In this document: piece after piece, positions 37,064 through 48,615 of the stretch
How the letters are laid out: every line of letters begins with the position of its first letter
How positions within the stretch are numbered: position 1 is the stretch's first letter
DNA from: Podarcis muralis
Taxonomy: Eukaryota
Assembly: GCF_964188315.1 (NCBI RefSeq)
Contig: NC_135658.1
Location: forward strand, 34,596,001 to 34,660,000
Reading direction: 5' to 3'
Length of the DNA: 64,000 nt
Program-made: the position numbers and the translations under genes
The notes under the pieces: generated by a model
What the model saw: only the letters and a program-made list of their open reading frames with translations
Told to the model about the DNA's origin: nothing
Databases searched by the model: none

Positions 37064-38978
37064 ATATGGAAGAATAATCACTATTCACCACAAGACTGAT
37101 TTGGAGTGGGACGTGGACTTATTTTTTATTTGGATTCTTATTTTTTAATAAGATATCTGCCAAGTTATTTAAGAAGAGGATTGAAGAAGACACGTTGTGC
37201 ATAACCCTCAAGCGCTGAAAACGCTGAAGGATGCCTCTGCCTTGTTGATACTTGACCAGCAAGCAACCATCAGAGTTAATTGACATGTGTGGATTTATTG
37301 AATAATGGAAGAAACACAACCTTCCGCGAATAGTGTTGGAGATCTATAAAAATGATACAACGTGGAGTTTTCAGTTGCTGGTTTCTTTTTCTACATGTTC
37401 TTCTTTCCACGCCCACCCCCAATTTGCTTTGTCCCCATGTGATCACTTAGCACCATCGTAGACTTTCAGAGGTCTAGGTTTTGGAAGTGGGGCATGTACA
37501 AAGCCCTCTGTCAAATTTGTGAGTGAAAAAGAGAGGTGTTAAAAGAGAGGTCCATGAATGAATCTTCACCCAGCTCCTGGATGGCAGAAGCGCTTGAAGT
37601 CATTTATGCTACTTAATCTAGCTTGGATGGATACAAACATTGGCCTTTCCAAGGAGAATTATGGGTTAAGGCGACACAGGTGTGATAGGGACAGTAAATA
37701 TAATGGTCCACTCACAGCTCAGTTCCTAATACATAAGTAACATGGAAAGTTTGATTTTGATGGTCTGAGTCTTCTCACTGGTACTGTTAAAAAATGGTTT
37801 GAGAGTAGCTGAGTTTTTAAAATAATTGCGTTATTGCTGAAGCTAAAGCAGTTGCTCTGCTCTAAAACCCCAACATCTTGTAATAGGAAACTTGTGTGTT
37901 TCTACATGAATCAATTAAAATGTCTCTGAAATTTTGAAGTGGCTGAATTGGTGGCCATTGGTGAATCTTCTTCTGAACAATTCCAGAACTGAAGATGTTT
38001 GTTCCAAACAGTCAGTGGTTTAGAATCCTACATGAAGCCATAAACAATAATTTATGTTGGTAGTGCACGCAGTCTGAAGGCTAAGAAATATTGAGGGCTT
38101 TTGTGTTGTTAATGTTTAGATTGGTTGAGCCACTGTGAGACACCCTTTCTGCTTTCTATTACTTGCACTGTTCATTTTTAAAACATAACGCTGAAGTCTC
38201 TCCCTAAAAGGGAAAGAACTCTTAATAGCTGAGATGTTCTTTTAAACAATGCACATTGTTGGTGATTTCAGCTTCATAGTTTTAGCCAAAGTCTGCCTGA
38301 AAATTTCACAGAGATGTGTGTGAATGAAGAAAACCCAACTTGTAGGTTTTTCCCCTTGATGGGGCTGTCCATTCGCTTAACAGCTTCAAAGCAGGAAGGA
38401 AGAAACCCAACAAATTGTGGTCTTCCCTTCATAAGTGCTGCATGTATTCAGCTGCCTGATTCGAGTCCCACCTGTTGATTAGTATGGTAGGGCTGGCAAT
38501 CAGGCAGCTGCAGCTCAGCACTGGGGAGGCGGAGAGCTTCACCTGTCAATTTCTGATCTGTTTTCCAGATCCAGGAGCCTTGCCAAAGGGGTAAAGAGAA
38601 ACCCAGTTCGCAATGCTTGCAGGTGTTATTGCATAGGCCTCCATTTTCTCTCTTCTTTGCATTGTTCATCCATGAAATGTCTAGGGTTCACAGAAACATT
38701 GCAAGATAAAGCATTGCAACACAAACTATTATTATTACTAAGAATGAGTGAATCCTTTTCTTTACGTGGAGGCAAAGTGATAGCCAGTGCTTCATCTCCT
38801 TACCTTTTGGCATATTGGGCTGTTGTCAGAGGTGTAAGCACCGTACTGGTGGGAAATATAGAGCTGATTAGCCCTGTACCTTTTTCTAGGAGCAAATCAG
38901 TTCAATAAGGTCTGATAATAGAAATTTGGGAACAGGGCCATATTCAGGAAAGCTAAGTGGGTAATAAGTGCCTATGTA

Positions 38979-38981
<3 letters not shown>

Positions 38982-39009
<28 letters not shown>
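38982..39009 (+). repeat. (TG)n microsatellite
   Basis: Direct reading. Confidence 0.95.
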
Positions 39010-39011
<2 letters not shown>

Positions 39012-40827
39012 CTTGCTAAATCTTTCATTGGACCCACTCAATGCCCTTTTGCTCTCAAATGCAAGTGTGCTCTCCCAAATTATCTATACCAAAGATCGCA
39101 ATGATTCTTCCCAAGGAAGATGATCCTAAGTTTCTGGGTCTATTTGGTTTCAGTTTTAAACCCTCCTCCCACCTGGTTTTCTCATTAATTAGAGCACTTT
39201 TCTGAAAGCATTTAAGGTCTCTGCTTGATATTCTTCTATAAAACTAATAATAATTTTGCAATTGCCGTGTTTGTTTAAGATGCTCCCTCACCTCTCATTA
39301 CCATTGTTTATATACATGCATGGCTTATGATTCTGATTTTGTGCATAAGAACTGGCCTATGTGGCAACGTACTTATATGCCTTGGCATACTGATGACCTT
39401 TCTCTGGAAAAAATAATAATTCATACCATTATGTGATTTCTGTATGACTCCTGGCAGCTGGTAGGGAAAAAAAGGTACAGAATATGATCTAAATACATAT
39501 ATCTCTGAAACCTCGGTGACTTGTACCTAACACAGTTATTCCCACCCGTAAAAAGTGAAATTTTTAAAATAATAAATGAACAATTGTACTGTATAGCCAT
39601 TTTGAAAAGGTATAAATGAGCCCATTTATACATTTAAAAGTTGACAGTCATTTAGCACCTTGATAAAACTGCAAGTTGATAGATGACTACTTTGATTTGT
39701 CTCTTAAAAAATATATTGTGATGTAAGGTCACAGTTTCCTCTGCCACACCACTCTGTTTTAGTCTGATAACTGTTGTGTGATTTCCCAGGGCTGGCTCCA
39801 GGTTTGATAAATGCCCTCCCCTATTGGTGGGCCTTGGCAAGCTGACCAGTCCATGAAAGCAGCCAGTCAGAGAATAGCTGCCATTTTAATTTCTCACAAT
39901 GTCCTGGAGCAATGATATGCAGGGGGAATGGCGGGATATTTATATGGCAGCTAGGCAGCCAGGTTCAGAGAGCTGAGCTGAGAGGAAAAGAGCCCCCCTC
40001 AGAGGCAGGCATCAGTGGTGAACCCTGAGAGGGTCCTGGGATCCTGGCTGCTGCCCAAGTTGGCCAGGTACAAATGCCAGGCCTGTGGATTGTACAACAG
40101 TGCTCGAATGTGATGTTCACTTGTGACCCTGGCATTATTTTCATTCCTACAACAACACTTGAGGAGGCTTCCTTTATCCCCACCCCCACCCTCACCCTTC
40201 GAGAATAGTATTTCAACACATACTTTAAGTGATTAAAATGTAGCATTAGTGTGCAGTCTAACAGTACCACATCCCAAACACCATGTTTTGGGTTAACTAA
40301 TCCCAGTACTTTAAGTACTTTGACTTTTCCAGGTTCTATATCGAGGTCATTGGTTCCATTCTTGAAAGCAGCTTCATTTCTCGCAGTTGGTTTAATAATT
40401 TAAGGGAGTACTGGAATATGAGAATGGAAAAAATGATGGCTCAGATTTGCACTCTTGAACTCTTCAGTATTTTGATTCTGATATACTATTGTTAGAATTC
40501 TTAATATCAAGCAGCAGATGTCACTGTCGCAAGAAATGTATTTTGTAGTGAAAATCAGCTAGTGTTACGTCACTGTAGACCTTAAATGCTTGTCTTTTCT
40601 GTCCCGCAAAGCCACCTTAGCTTTCTTACCATTTAAAATGTTGGCATTGTTTTTATACTTTAAGTATGTATGTATGTGTGCGTATGTGTGTAAATTCGTA
40701 TCTTGATAAATGAAAATATTCATGGCTTTTCAACTTTGTTGTCTGTTGACCCAAATTTTGTGGTCTGTTGTTACTATTTGTTTAAAATGAAACTATCAAT
40801 GTGAATACAGAGACCTATTTTTGTTAT

Positions 40828-40833
40828 AATAAA
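40828..40833 (+). terminator. Likely ST3GAL6 polyadenylation signal (AATAAA)
   Basis: AATAAA followed by CA dinucleotides and a GU/U-rich element (ggatttgttgtcctcttttg), at the end of an AU-rich stretch; inferred, no transcript data. Confidence 0.45.
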
Positions 40834-41091
40834 CATACTGAAATGCCACACATGGATTTGTTGTCCTCTTTTGAAAATTAAGTACATCCAGTTGTGCATC
40901 AATATTGCTTAGACAGGCACACATGATGCAAAAAATATGACTGATGGGATGCAGAAAGCATACACACAACTCCACAATTTAATCTGAATCCTATACATGC
41001 CTACTGAGAAGTTAGTCCCACTTAGTTCAGTGTGGCTTACTTCCAGGTAAGTGGCTAAGTACAGGTAAGTGCAACCCTAGGGTGCTTTTTC

Positions 41092-41454
41092 GGGACGCGG
41101 GTGGCGCTGTGGGTAAAAGCCTCAGCGCCTAGGGCTTGCCGATCGAAAGGTCGGCGGTTCGAATCCCCGCGGCGGGGTGCGCTCCCATTGCTCGGTCCCA
41201 GCGCCTGCCAACCTAGCAGTTCGAAAGCACCCCTGGGTGCAAGTAGATAAATAGGGACCGCTTACTAGCGGGAAGGTAAACGGCGTTTCCGTGTGCGGCT
41301 CTGGCTCACCAGAGCAGCGATGTCACGCTGGCCACGTGACCCGGAAGTGTCTCCGGACAGCGCTGGCCCCCGGCCTCTAGAGTGAGATGGGCGCACAACC
41401 CTAGAGTCTGTCAAGACTGGCCCGTACGGGCAGGGGTACCTTTACCTTTACCTT
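41092..41454 (+). mobile_element. Sauria SINE, full length, young (CpG-rich)
   Basis: GGGACGCGGGTGGCGCTGTGG head, (ACCTTT)n tail, 13-bp TSD TAGGGT[G/C]CTTTTT (41078-41090, 41455-41467). Confidence 0.93.
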
Positions 41455-41615
41455 TAGGGTCCTTTTTACAAATCACAGAATGGGTACAACACATAATTCA
41501 TCATGACCCACCACACTTTCCCTCCCAAAATCATTATAATTCCCAACAAATGCCATTGTTCTTGCTTTTCATGGAATGACAAGAAATAAATATGCTGAAA
41601 CATTTCAAAAAGGTA

Positions 41616-41666
41616 TTTAATAAGATCTTTTACAATCAGTACAAAAAAATTAAATACAAATTTATT
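41616..41666 (-). terminator. Candidate distal COL8A1 polyadenylation signals (AATAAA 41666-41661, ATTAAA 41621-41616)
   Basis: U-rich context on the - strand; would give a 3' UTR of about 2.9 kb; inferred. Confidence 0.35.
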
Positions 41667-43242
41667 TGCTATTTTCATCTCTTCCATACCTATAGCCTAG
41701 CAACGGGCCCCAAGATACCCCAGTTTAGAAGCTTCCTATCATCTCAGCATTCTATAAAACTTCTCATTTTCATGTCTCCGTTATTGCAGTTTTGTGCTGA
41801 AAGATATGCTGCATGAAACTCTGTGTTTAAATAATGGAATGGCTGAGTTATGTTGTATGTGTGATATAAAAATTGAAAATTAATGGCAGTATTTTAAAAA
41901 TCATCATAATAATGGAAGTGCTAGTTTGAGTCCATACTCGTTGCACGTGAAAGAGGCTTCTTTCAGTTAAACCTGGTTGGGAGGATTCAGCAAACGAGCC
42001 CCTTCAGTGGAAGTCAAGTGTAAGGACTTCCGCTTGTGCAACAGGGCTTCTTCCCCCTCATCCCCCACATCCCCCCACCCTGGACACTGGCTTGGGGTGG
42101 TGGTGTCAGGAGAACCCCCAGAGCAGCACACAGCAGGAGAAGAGAGAGGATTGTTCCATCTGGCAAGTTGAAACACTTGGGCAGACGCAACACTCGGACG
42201 GGCACGACATTGAATTTCACCCAGAGGCTTCCGCTTACATGAAGAAATGACGTAACCTTGTTTAAACTAATGTAACCAAAGTGATGTGCAGCTTTGAAAA
42301 GCATCCTTTTTTCACTGTGACGTTAGCACCGTTGTTGAAGAGAGAGGATACGATCCATCAAAGGGTTAGAGTGCTTAAAGCTCATTGATGCTGCTCCATG
42401 CTAGGGGGTTGTATACCTGTTGCAGAAGGTTTCTAGACCCACATCTGTACGAAGAACCTTGGGCCCACGCGGGTGCTGCCCATATGGAGGAAAAGCTCAA
42501 GCTGCATCACTGCGCTTGGCAAAGTTTACATTTGCCAAATCACGCTGGATGTGGCAGAGAGCCACCCTCCCCCTCTATATAAATACTGCAGTAAGGAAAA
42601 GAGGTTGCAGTTAGGAAAATCTTAGGGGGTGCAGACTCCTGCTGTAGACATACCCCAAGGTTCTGGAGGGGTAAACTCTGTTGAGAGGTCTCCAGAGTAG
42701 CCCATGGTCTCTTGAAACCCAGTTGTTGGGTTAGGGCCAGCCTTTCACATGCAGTTCTTTCCCTGAACCGCCTGCCCCTTCTCTGCCTCCACACAGTCAT
42801 GTTCAGCTGTTTGGTGACAGCACTGATCAGATGTTCATCAGGAAGGAAGCAGGGATGAATTCAAGCCCCCCTTCCTCTTCTTTACCAGAAAGTCAGTCTT
42901 CATGGTTGTCACTAATTTGAGCTACCTTTTGCACATGCACACATTTTGCTCAAGGCCAATGGATTTAAGCAGGTCTAACTCTGCTGGATTGCAGCCACAG
43001 CATACTGCCGCTTTCACATTCTTAAGAATCTGCAGCCTGCATGTTCTCAGGGGCAAGCGTTTGCAATGAGGAACGAAGCACACATTCAAAGGATTGGGAA
43101 GCGGTCGTTAGCCATGTGATGTGACCTCCATGCAAGGAGGCCCTTTCCATTGGTTGGGAAAGGGGGCTGCTTTTTGCTGGAAAGTTAAAAAGCTGCTCTC
43201 CTCCCTCCTACAGGAGTCTTTTATTTTTGCAGCCTCTGTGGC

Positions 43243-43246
<4 letters not shown>

Positions 43247-43290
<44 letters not shown>
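43247..43290 (+). repeat. (GT)22 microsatellite
   Basis: Direct reading. Confidence 0.95.
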
Positions 43291-43293
<3 letters not shown>

Positions 43294-43333
43294 CTGCAGA
43301 TGGATGGGTGGGAATATGTGATTCTGTGTCAAA

Positions 43334-43449
43334 TGTTGTTGCTGTTGTTTAGTCGTTTAGTCATGTCCGACTCTTCATGACCCCATGGACCAGAGCATGC
43401 CAGGCACTCCTGTCTTCCACTGCCTCCCGCAGTTTGGTCAAACTCATGT
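43334..43449 (-). mobile_element. Bov-B 3' fragment in the putative COL8A1 3' UTR
   Basis: tgttgtt...gtcgtttagtcatgtccgactcttcatgaccccatggacc. Confidence 0.88.
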
Positions 43450-44394
43450 CGTGCTAAACATGTCCAGTATGTAGCTTTCACCAAATGAAATCAAAGCAAC
43501 CTAGAAGTGTTCAACTCTTGTTCCATCCATTGGTGCTTGTTTGAGATATATCTTTCAGCACCCATGACTCAGGTGTCACAACCTTGCCTTTGTCACATGT
43601 TCACTATTCCATATACCTATTTCCAGAGGTCTGTTGGCTGATCTGTGAGGCAGCAGGGATTATCTAGCAACCACAAACCTGTTCTGTCCTCACCTTCACT
43701 TGTTTTCACATAACAGATACAATCACTTGGACTGAAAGTTTTATCTAAAAAGTCATTGTTTTCCAGTACTTATAGATCTAGATAAATGCCTTTGAAAGTA
43801 CCCCAGTTGCTGGTGAAATGACCCACTGCTCACTGGAAAAAAGAACTGGGAAAGTTTTCCTTGGATTTCTGAGGACTTGGTATCATTTCCTTGCTTAGCT
43901 AACACAAAAAGCGATTCTTTTCTGTCATTCTTTGCAGGTACGAGTTGGAAGAGTCCTGCACAGCAAGAAAAGACTATGGGAAGGAGAAGCTTAATTTACA
44001 TTGCAGGATTCTACACTTTACTCTAGTTCACATCCGCATCGTACATTTTAAACACTCTTATACTGGTGCAACTAGTACATTGCTGAGGGACTTCAACTTA
44101 TTGCTCCACTGAATTCCTTCCTTGATGTGGATGTGACCAGCACTACTGTTGCTGTACAGTACTCTAAAATCAGCACCACTGTTTCTTTTTCTTTCCCAAA
44201 TCCTCCTTTAGCTGAATGTTTCAGGTAAGCAAACAGTAAAAGCACATCACATGAGCACCTGATGTGAACCCCGACATAGGCATTATCCAAGGCAAATGTT
44301 GAACATGTTCAGTGTACAGCAGCAAACAGATCCCCACTGGGTTTGCCACCACTTTTCTCTATAACAAGCTGTAAATAATGTTTGAAGTTGTAAT

Positions 44395-44400
44395 TTTATT
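44395..44400 (-). terminator. Proximal COL8A1 polyadenylation signal (AATAAA on - strand)
   Basis: About 127 nt downstream of the stop codon. Confidence 0.4.
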
Positions 44401-44526
44401 TGAATGATTGTACATGTTGGTCCAAAAAAAATTAAAACAAAATAAAAGTCATTAAATGCACCTTTCAATGGTATAGATTTGGAGAACGGGCAGGGGGGAG
44501 TTTTTGTTCTGTCCGAGTGTTTTGGT

Positions 44527-46427
44527 TTACATGGGATACAATAAATATCCTGAAAAAGATGAATGGACATATTGCCCAGCATAGAGTCCTGCTGCTTGTT
44601 CGGATGGCATCTGGATATAAACTCTGTCACCTAGCGTCAGCTGAACGACGGCACTCCCAGAAGCTTGGTCCAGGAAGCCTTTCTTGTACTCATCGTACGT
44701 GTACATCAGGGGCTCGTTGTTCTTGAACAAAGCCACCCAAACATTCCCCCCTTTACAGTGAACGTGGTAGGCAAAGTAGTAAATCCCTGGGATCTCGCAG
44801 GTGAAGATGCCAGTCTGTGGGTTATAGTTCTGCCTGCCATTGTAGAGGAGCTTGTCAAACACCACAGGAACTCCAACCCGTGGGAAAGGTGTGGTGAGCT
44901 CAGCTGTGAATGCGGGCATCTCGTAGGAAGCGGCTCCGTTTTTTATTTTCTTGTAGCCATATGGCGTCTTTGCTCCATCAAGGCCTGGACCCACCTCAGG
45001 CAAATATTGTCCCATAGCTGGCGGTGTGGGCTGTATTATGACTGGAGGGCCTGGTGGGCCAGGAGGCCCTGGAGGTCCCTGGAGGCCTGGCTGGCCAGGA
45101 GCACCAATGGACCCAGGCTTCCCAGGTGGGCCCTGCATCCCCGCAATTCCAGGTTTCCCTGCTCCTGGAAATCCTGGCTGGCCTGGTAGGCCTCGTTCAC
45201 CCTTCACCCCGGGAAGCCCGGGAGGCCCAATTGGGCCACTGGGTCCTGCGATGCCTGGGATTCCAGAAGGGCCTTGGAGGCCTTGAGCCCCTGGGATCCC
45301 AGGCTCTCCTTTGGGACCCATGGGCCCATGAGTACCAGGCAGACCTGGCAAGCCTTTGTGACCAGCTTCCCCTTTGGGTCCGATTAGGCCAGGTAAGCCT
45401 CTTAGGCCTGGAGACCCCACTTCTCCTGGGAAACCAGGCTTCCCTGGGAAACCCTGTAAACCAACTTCACCTTTTGGACCAATTGGTCCTTGAGGGCCAA
45501 CAGCTCCAGCTTCTCCTTTAGGCCCTTGAAACCCCATAGCACCTGAGGGCCCCATTAGCCCTGGCAATCCTGGTTGGCCTGGTTCCCCTGGTGGCCCACC
45601 CATACCAGGTGGGCCCATGTGCCCCTTTTCACCCTTAGGCCCAAGTGGTCCTGGAATACCGCCCATGCCACGCTCACCTTTAGGCCCAGGGAAACCTGGC
45701 TTCCCAATCCCCGGCATGCCAGGAGGTCCAGGTAAGCCTGGCAAGCCTTGCTCACCTTTCCCACCTGGAAACCCTGGCTGCCCTGGAATGCCATCTTGGC
45801 CTGGTTTCCCCACACCTGGAAGGCCAGGAGGACCTTGAATTCCAGGAGCCCCACCTAACCCCCGAGGCCCTGGCTCTCCGGGAAGCCCTGGTTTGCCTGC
45901 AGGTCCCTGTGGGCCTGGGAAACCAACCATCCCTGGCTTGCCTACCCCTGGAAGCCCAACAGGACCTGGAGGTCCAGGTAAACCAGGTGGACCTTTTAGC
46001 CCTGGCAATCCTGGAATCCCAACACCTTTATCTCCTTTTGGGCCTGGGGGGCCTTGCATTCCAGGTTGCCCTTTCATCCCTGGCTCGCCCTTTCCTCCTG
46101 GCTGTCCTGGCAATCCTCTGTCACCTGGCTTTCCTATTCCAGGGAGTCCATGAGGTCCTGGTTGCCCTTGGGGCCCTGGAATGCCCATAGGTCCAATCTC
46201 TCCCTTTGGCCCCATCTCTCCTCTTGATCCCGGAGCCCCCATCGCTCCTGGTTTTCCTGGCATTCCGGGCATGCCTGGTTTGCCGATCCCTGGATATCCT
46301 TGTGGACCTGGTTTTCCTTTGGCTCCCGGCACTCCGTGTCCTGGTATCCCTGGTGGTCCAGGTGGGCCTCTTGGTCCAGGCTCCCCAGGAGGACCCTGCT
46401 CACCTCTCAGACTGGCTAATGGAAGTT
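44527..46427 (-). CDS. COL8A1: Collagen alpha-1(VIII), large last exon: Gly-X-Y triple helix plus C-terminal C1q (NC1) domain; tandem acceptor, alternative start 46430
   Basis: ORF 44527..46491: [21 protein letters not shown]...[14 protein letters not shown]...[12 protein letters not shown], matching COL8A1 termini; acceptor tcttgtacag(cag); phase 1 joins the upstream exon. Confidence 0.97.
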
Positions 46428-46532
46428 CTGCTGTACAAGAGAGAAAGAGGGAGCGGCAATTAACCATTATGTCAGTTGACTGGCCAATCATCTGAGTACT
46501 TCAAGGGGAATTAATATAGTAAGATTTCGCCT

Positions 46533-46772
46533 GGATTTGGATTTGATATCCCACTTTATCACTACCCGAAGGAGTCTCAAAGCGGCTAACATTCTCCTTT
46601 CCCTTCCTCCCCCACAACAAACACTCTGTGAGGTGAGTGGGGCTGAGAGACTTCAGAGAAGTGTGACTAGCCCAAGGTCACCCAGCAGCTGCATGTGGAG
46701 GAGCAGGGAAGCGAAACCGGTTCACCAGATTACGAGTCTACCGCTCTTAACCACTACACCACACTGGCTCTC
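46533..46772 (-). mobile_element. tRNA-derived SINE2 with an L2-like tail (Squam2/Anolis SINE2-like), in the COL8A1 intron
   Basis: Reverse complement GAGAGCCAGTGTGGTGTAGTGGTTAAGAGC...GCTGGGTGACCTTGGGC...GATATCAAATCC; second copy at 60946-61183. Confidence 0.88.
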
Positions 46773-47314
46773 AGATTTGCTGCTAATGCAGTTGATACCA
46801 CAACTGACGTGGCTTGATAACCACAGACTAAAAACAGCATTGCCATTTTAACAGTTAAAAACCATGTTGCATATTTTAAATGGCTATCTCCACCATTTTC
46901 AGTGGCACAGTGTTATTCTCTGAATGCATTCCAAATATAAGACTCCTGCTTTCCGATGTACATGCCATAGCTCCCTTCCTATACCATGATTCAAGTAAGA
47001 GTTCTATCTCTTAAGCTAAGGGTGTGTAATGAATTTGGAAATTCTGAATATTTGGGGAATAGGTATGAAACTTCATCAAAATGCAGAAATACTGCCTTAG
47101 GTCACTTGGAAATATTTATAGACATAGTATTAAAAAAACCTTTTCGGCATGCCATGCTGAAACCCCGCAGAGCTCTCTCCGGAAACAACTCTTTATGTTC
47201 ACTTACTATTATACAAACAAATATACATATTTTCTGTTAGATGACAGAGGGATGGTTAAGAACAGAAATAGGAAAGAGCAGAAAGAGGGACAGCTCACGT
47301 CTTGCCAATGTTAC

Positions 47315-47621
47315 CTTTTCCTTTCTTTGAAATCCCCTTCTTGCCAAGCATGGGTATCTGTGGGATTTCTTTGATGTACTGAGGCACATATTCTTTCCCA
47401 TAGGGCAAGTGTGGCCCCTCCTTGGCCATGTGCTGCATTGGAACACCATCTTTGCCCAGTGGCATGTGAGGTACTTGTTGCCCCAGGGGCTGGTACTGGG
47501 GCACTTGGGGAGGCATCTGCTTGATCCCATAATAAGCACCTGCTTGGGTGGGTCTCAGTAGCCCAAGGTAAAGGGATGCAACCGCCGTCAAAAGCCACGT
47601 AGGTGCTAGCCACAAAGCCAT
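47315..47621 (-). CDS. COL8A1: Collagen alpha-1(VIII), first coding exon: signal peptide and NC2 (exon starts 47624, 3 nt UTR); total protein 735 aa
   Basis: MALWLAPTWLL...QAGAYYGIKQMPPQVPQYQPLGQQVPHMPLGKDG...KKGK, with the diagnostic GAYYGIK and QYQPLGQQVPHMPL; acceptor ttttgttgcag, donor gtaaca; 307+1901 nt = 736 codons. Confidence 0.96.
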
Positions 47622-48389
47622 AACCTGCAACAAAACACAACAGAACAGCAGTTGCAAGGGAGTGGGAAATGGCAAAGACAACTGTATGGCAGGGATGGAA
47701 CCAGAGGCATTGAGAAGAAGAAGGAGGTTTGTGGTGGCTGCAGTTATCTTAACCTCAGTGCTTTTCTTTATAGTACTGGGTGAAGCAGCTATAGCTGTAG
47801 CCACCATCGTATTCCCAGTGGCACATCGTATTCTTCCCATGGCACTGCATGGTAACAACATTTCAAACCTTTTTTATTAAAAGGAAGGAAAAAAGGAAGC
47901 TGAAATCAGTCACACCTAGAGTCCATGGGTCCCAGCCGCCAAGGCTATCTAGGCTGGTTCCACACCTTCTCCTCCATCATTCGGTCAGCAGGAGAAGATG
48001 CCTGGAAGATCAACTTGGAGGACTTGAACTTTCAATATTGTTGAATTATTTGGTTCCCAGCTATTTGTGTGTGTGTATTTTCATGAACCCAGTTGCTAGT
48101 TTTTTTTTATTGCTCATGTGCAGATCTACTGGCAGAGGGGACGAACTCCATACTATTTCTTGAGATGTAACTCTTTCAAGTGAGCAATCTGGGACGGGTT
48201 TCTTTGACCCTTCAAATAATGCTGTTCTTCCTTTGTCAAATAATGTAACCTTCCTGCTCTTCTGATACATAACATTGTTAAACCGTGGGATTTGCTACTG
48301 TGGTGCAGTGATGGCTACCAATATAGGAAGATTAAAAGAGACAAATTCATAGAGGATAAGGCTGTCAACTGTTAGTCAAGATGGCTATA

Positions 48390-48615
48390 CAGTGGTACCT
48401 CAGGTTAAGAACTTAATTTGTTCCGGAGGTCTCTTCTTAACCTGTAAATGTTCTTAACCTGAGGCACCACTTTAGCTAATGTGGCCTCCTGCTGCCGCTG
48501 CGCCACCGCCGTGTGATTTCTGTTCTCATCCTAGAGCAAAGTTCTTAACCCAAGGTATTATTTCTGGGTTAGCGGCGTCTGTAACCTGAAGCGTCTGTAA
48601 CCCGAGGTACCACTG
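48390..48615 (+). mobile_element. Tigger-like MITE, family CAGTGGTACCTC
   Basis: Same TIRs, TA TSD. Confidence 0.9.

Noticed and set aside
42576-42583. TATATAAA box on the + strand, antisense to the COL8A1 3' UTR
   Set aside because: An isolated motif with no other promoter evidence.
44665-46495. Many overlapping + strand and shifted-frame Gly/Pro-rich ORFs
   Set aside because: Shadows of the GC-rich Gly-X-Y codon pattern of COL8A1; no independent coding evidence.
44527-47621. Alternative assignment as COL10A1 or COL8A2
   Set aside because: The N-terminal GAYYGIK...QYQPLGQQVPHMPL, the LASLRGEQG junction and the YLLYPM end are COL8A1-specific.
47622-47861. 80-codon in-frame open extension upstream of the COL8A1 ATG (ORF 47295..47861), and the similar 46428-46491 extension
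   Set aside because: Both cross strong polypyrimidine-AG acceptors and resemble no protein; best explained as intron read-through by chance.
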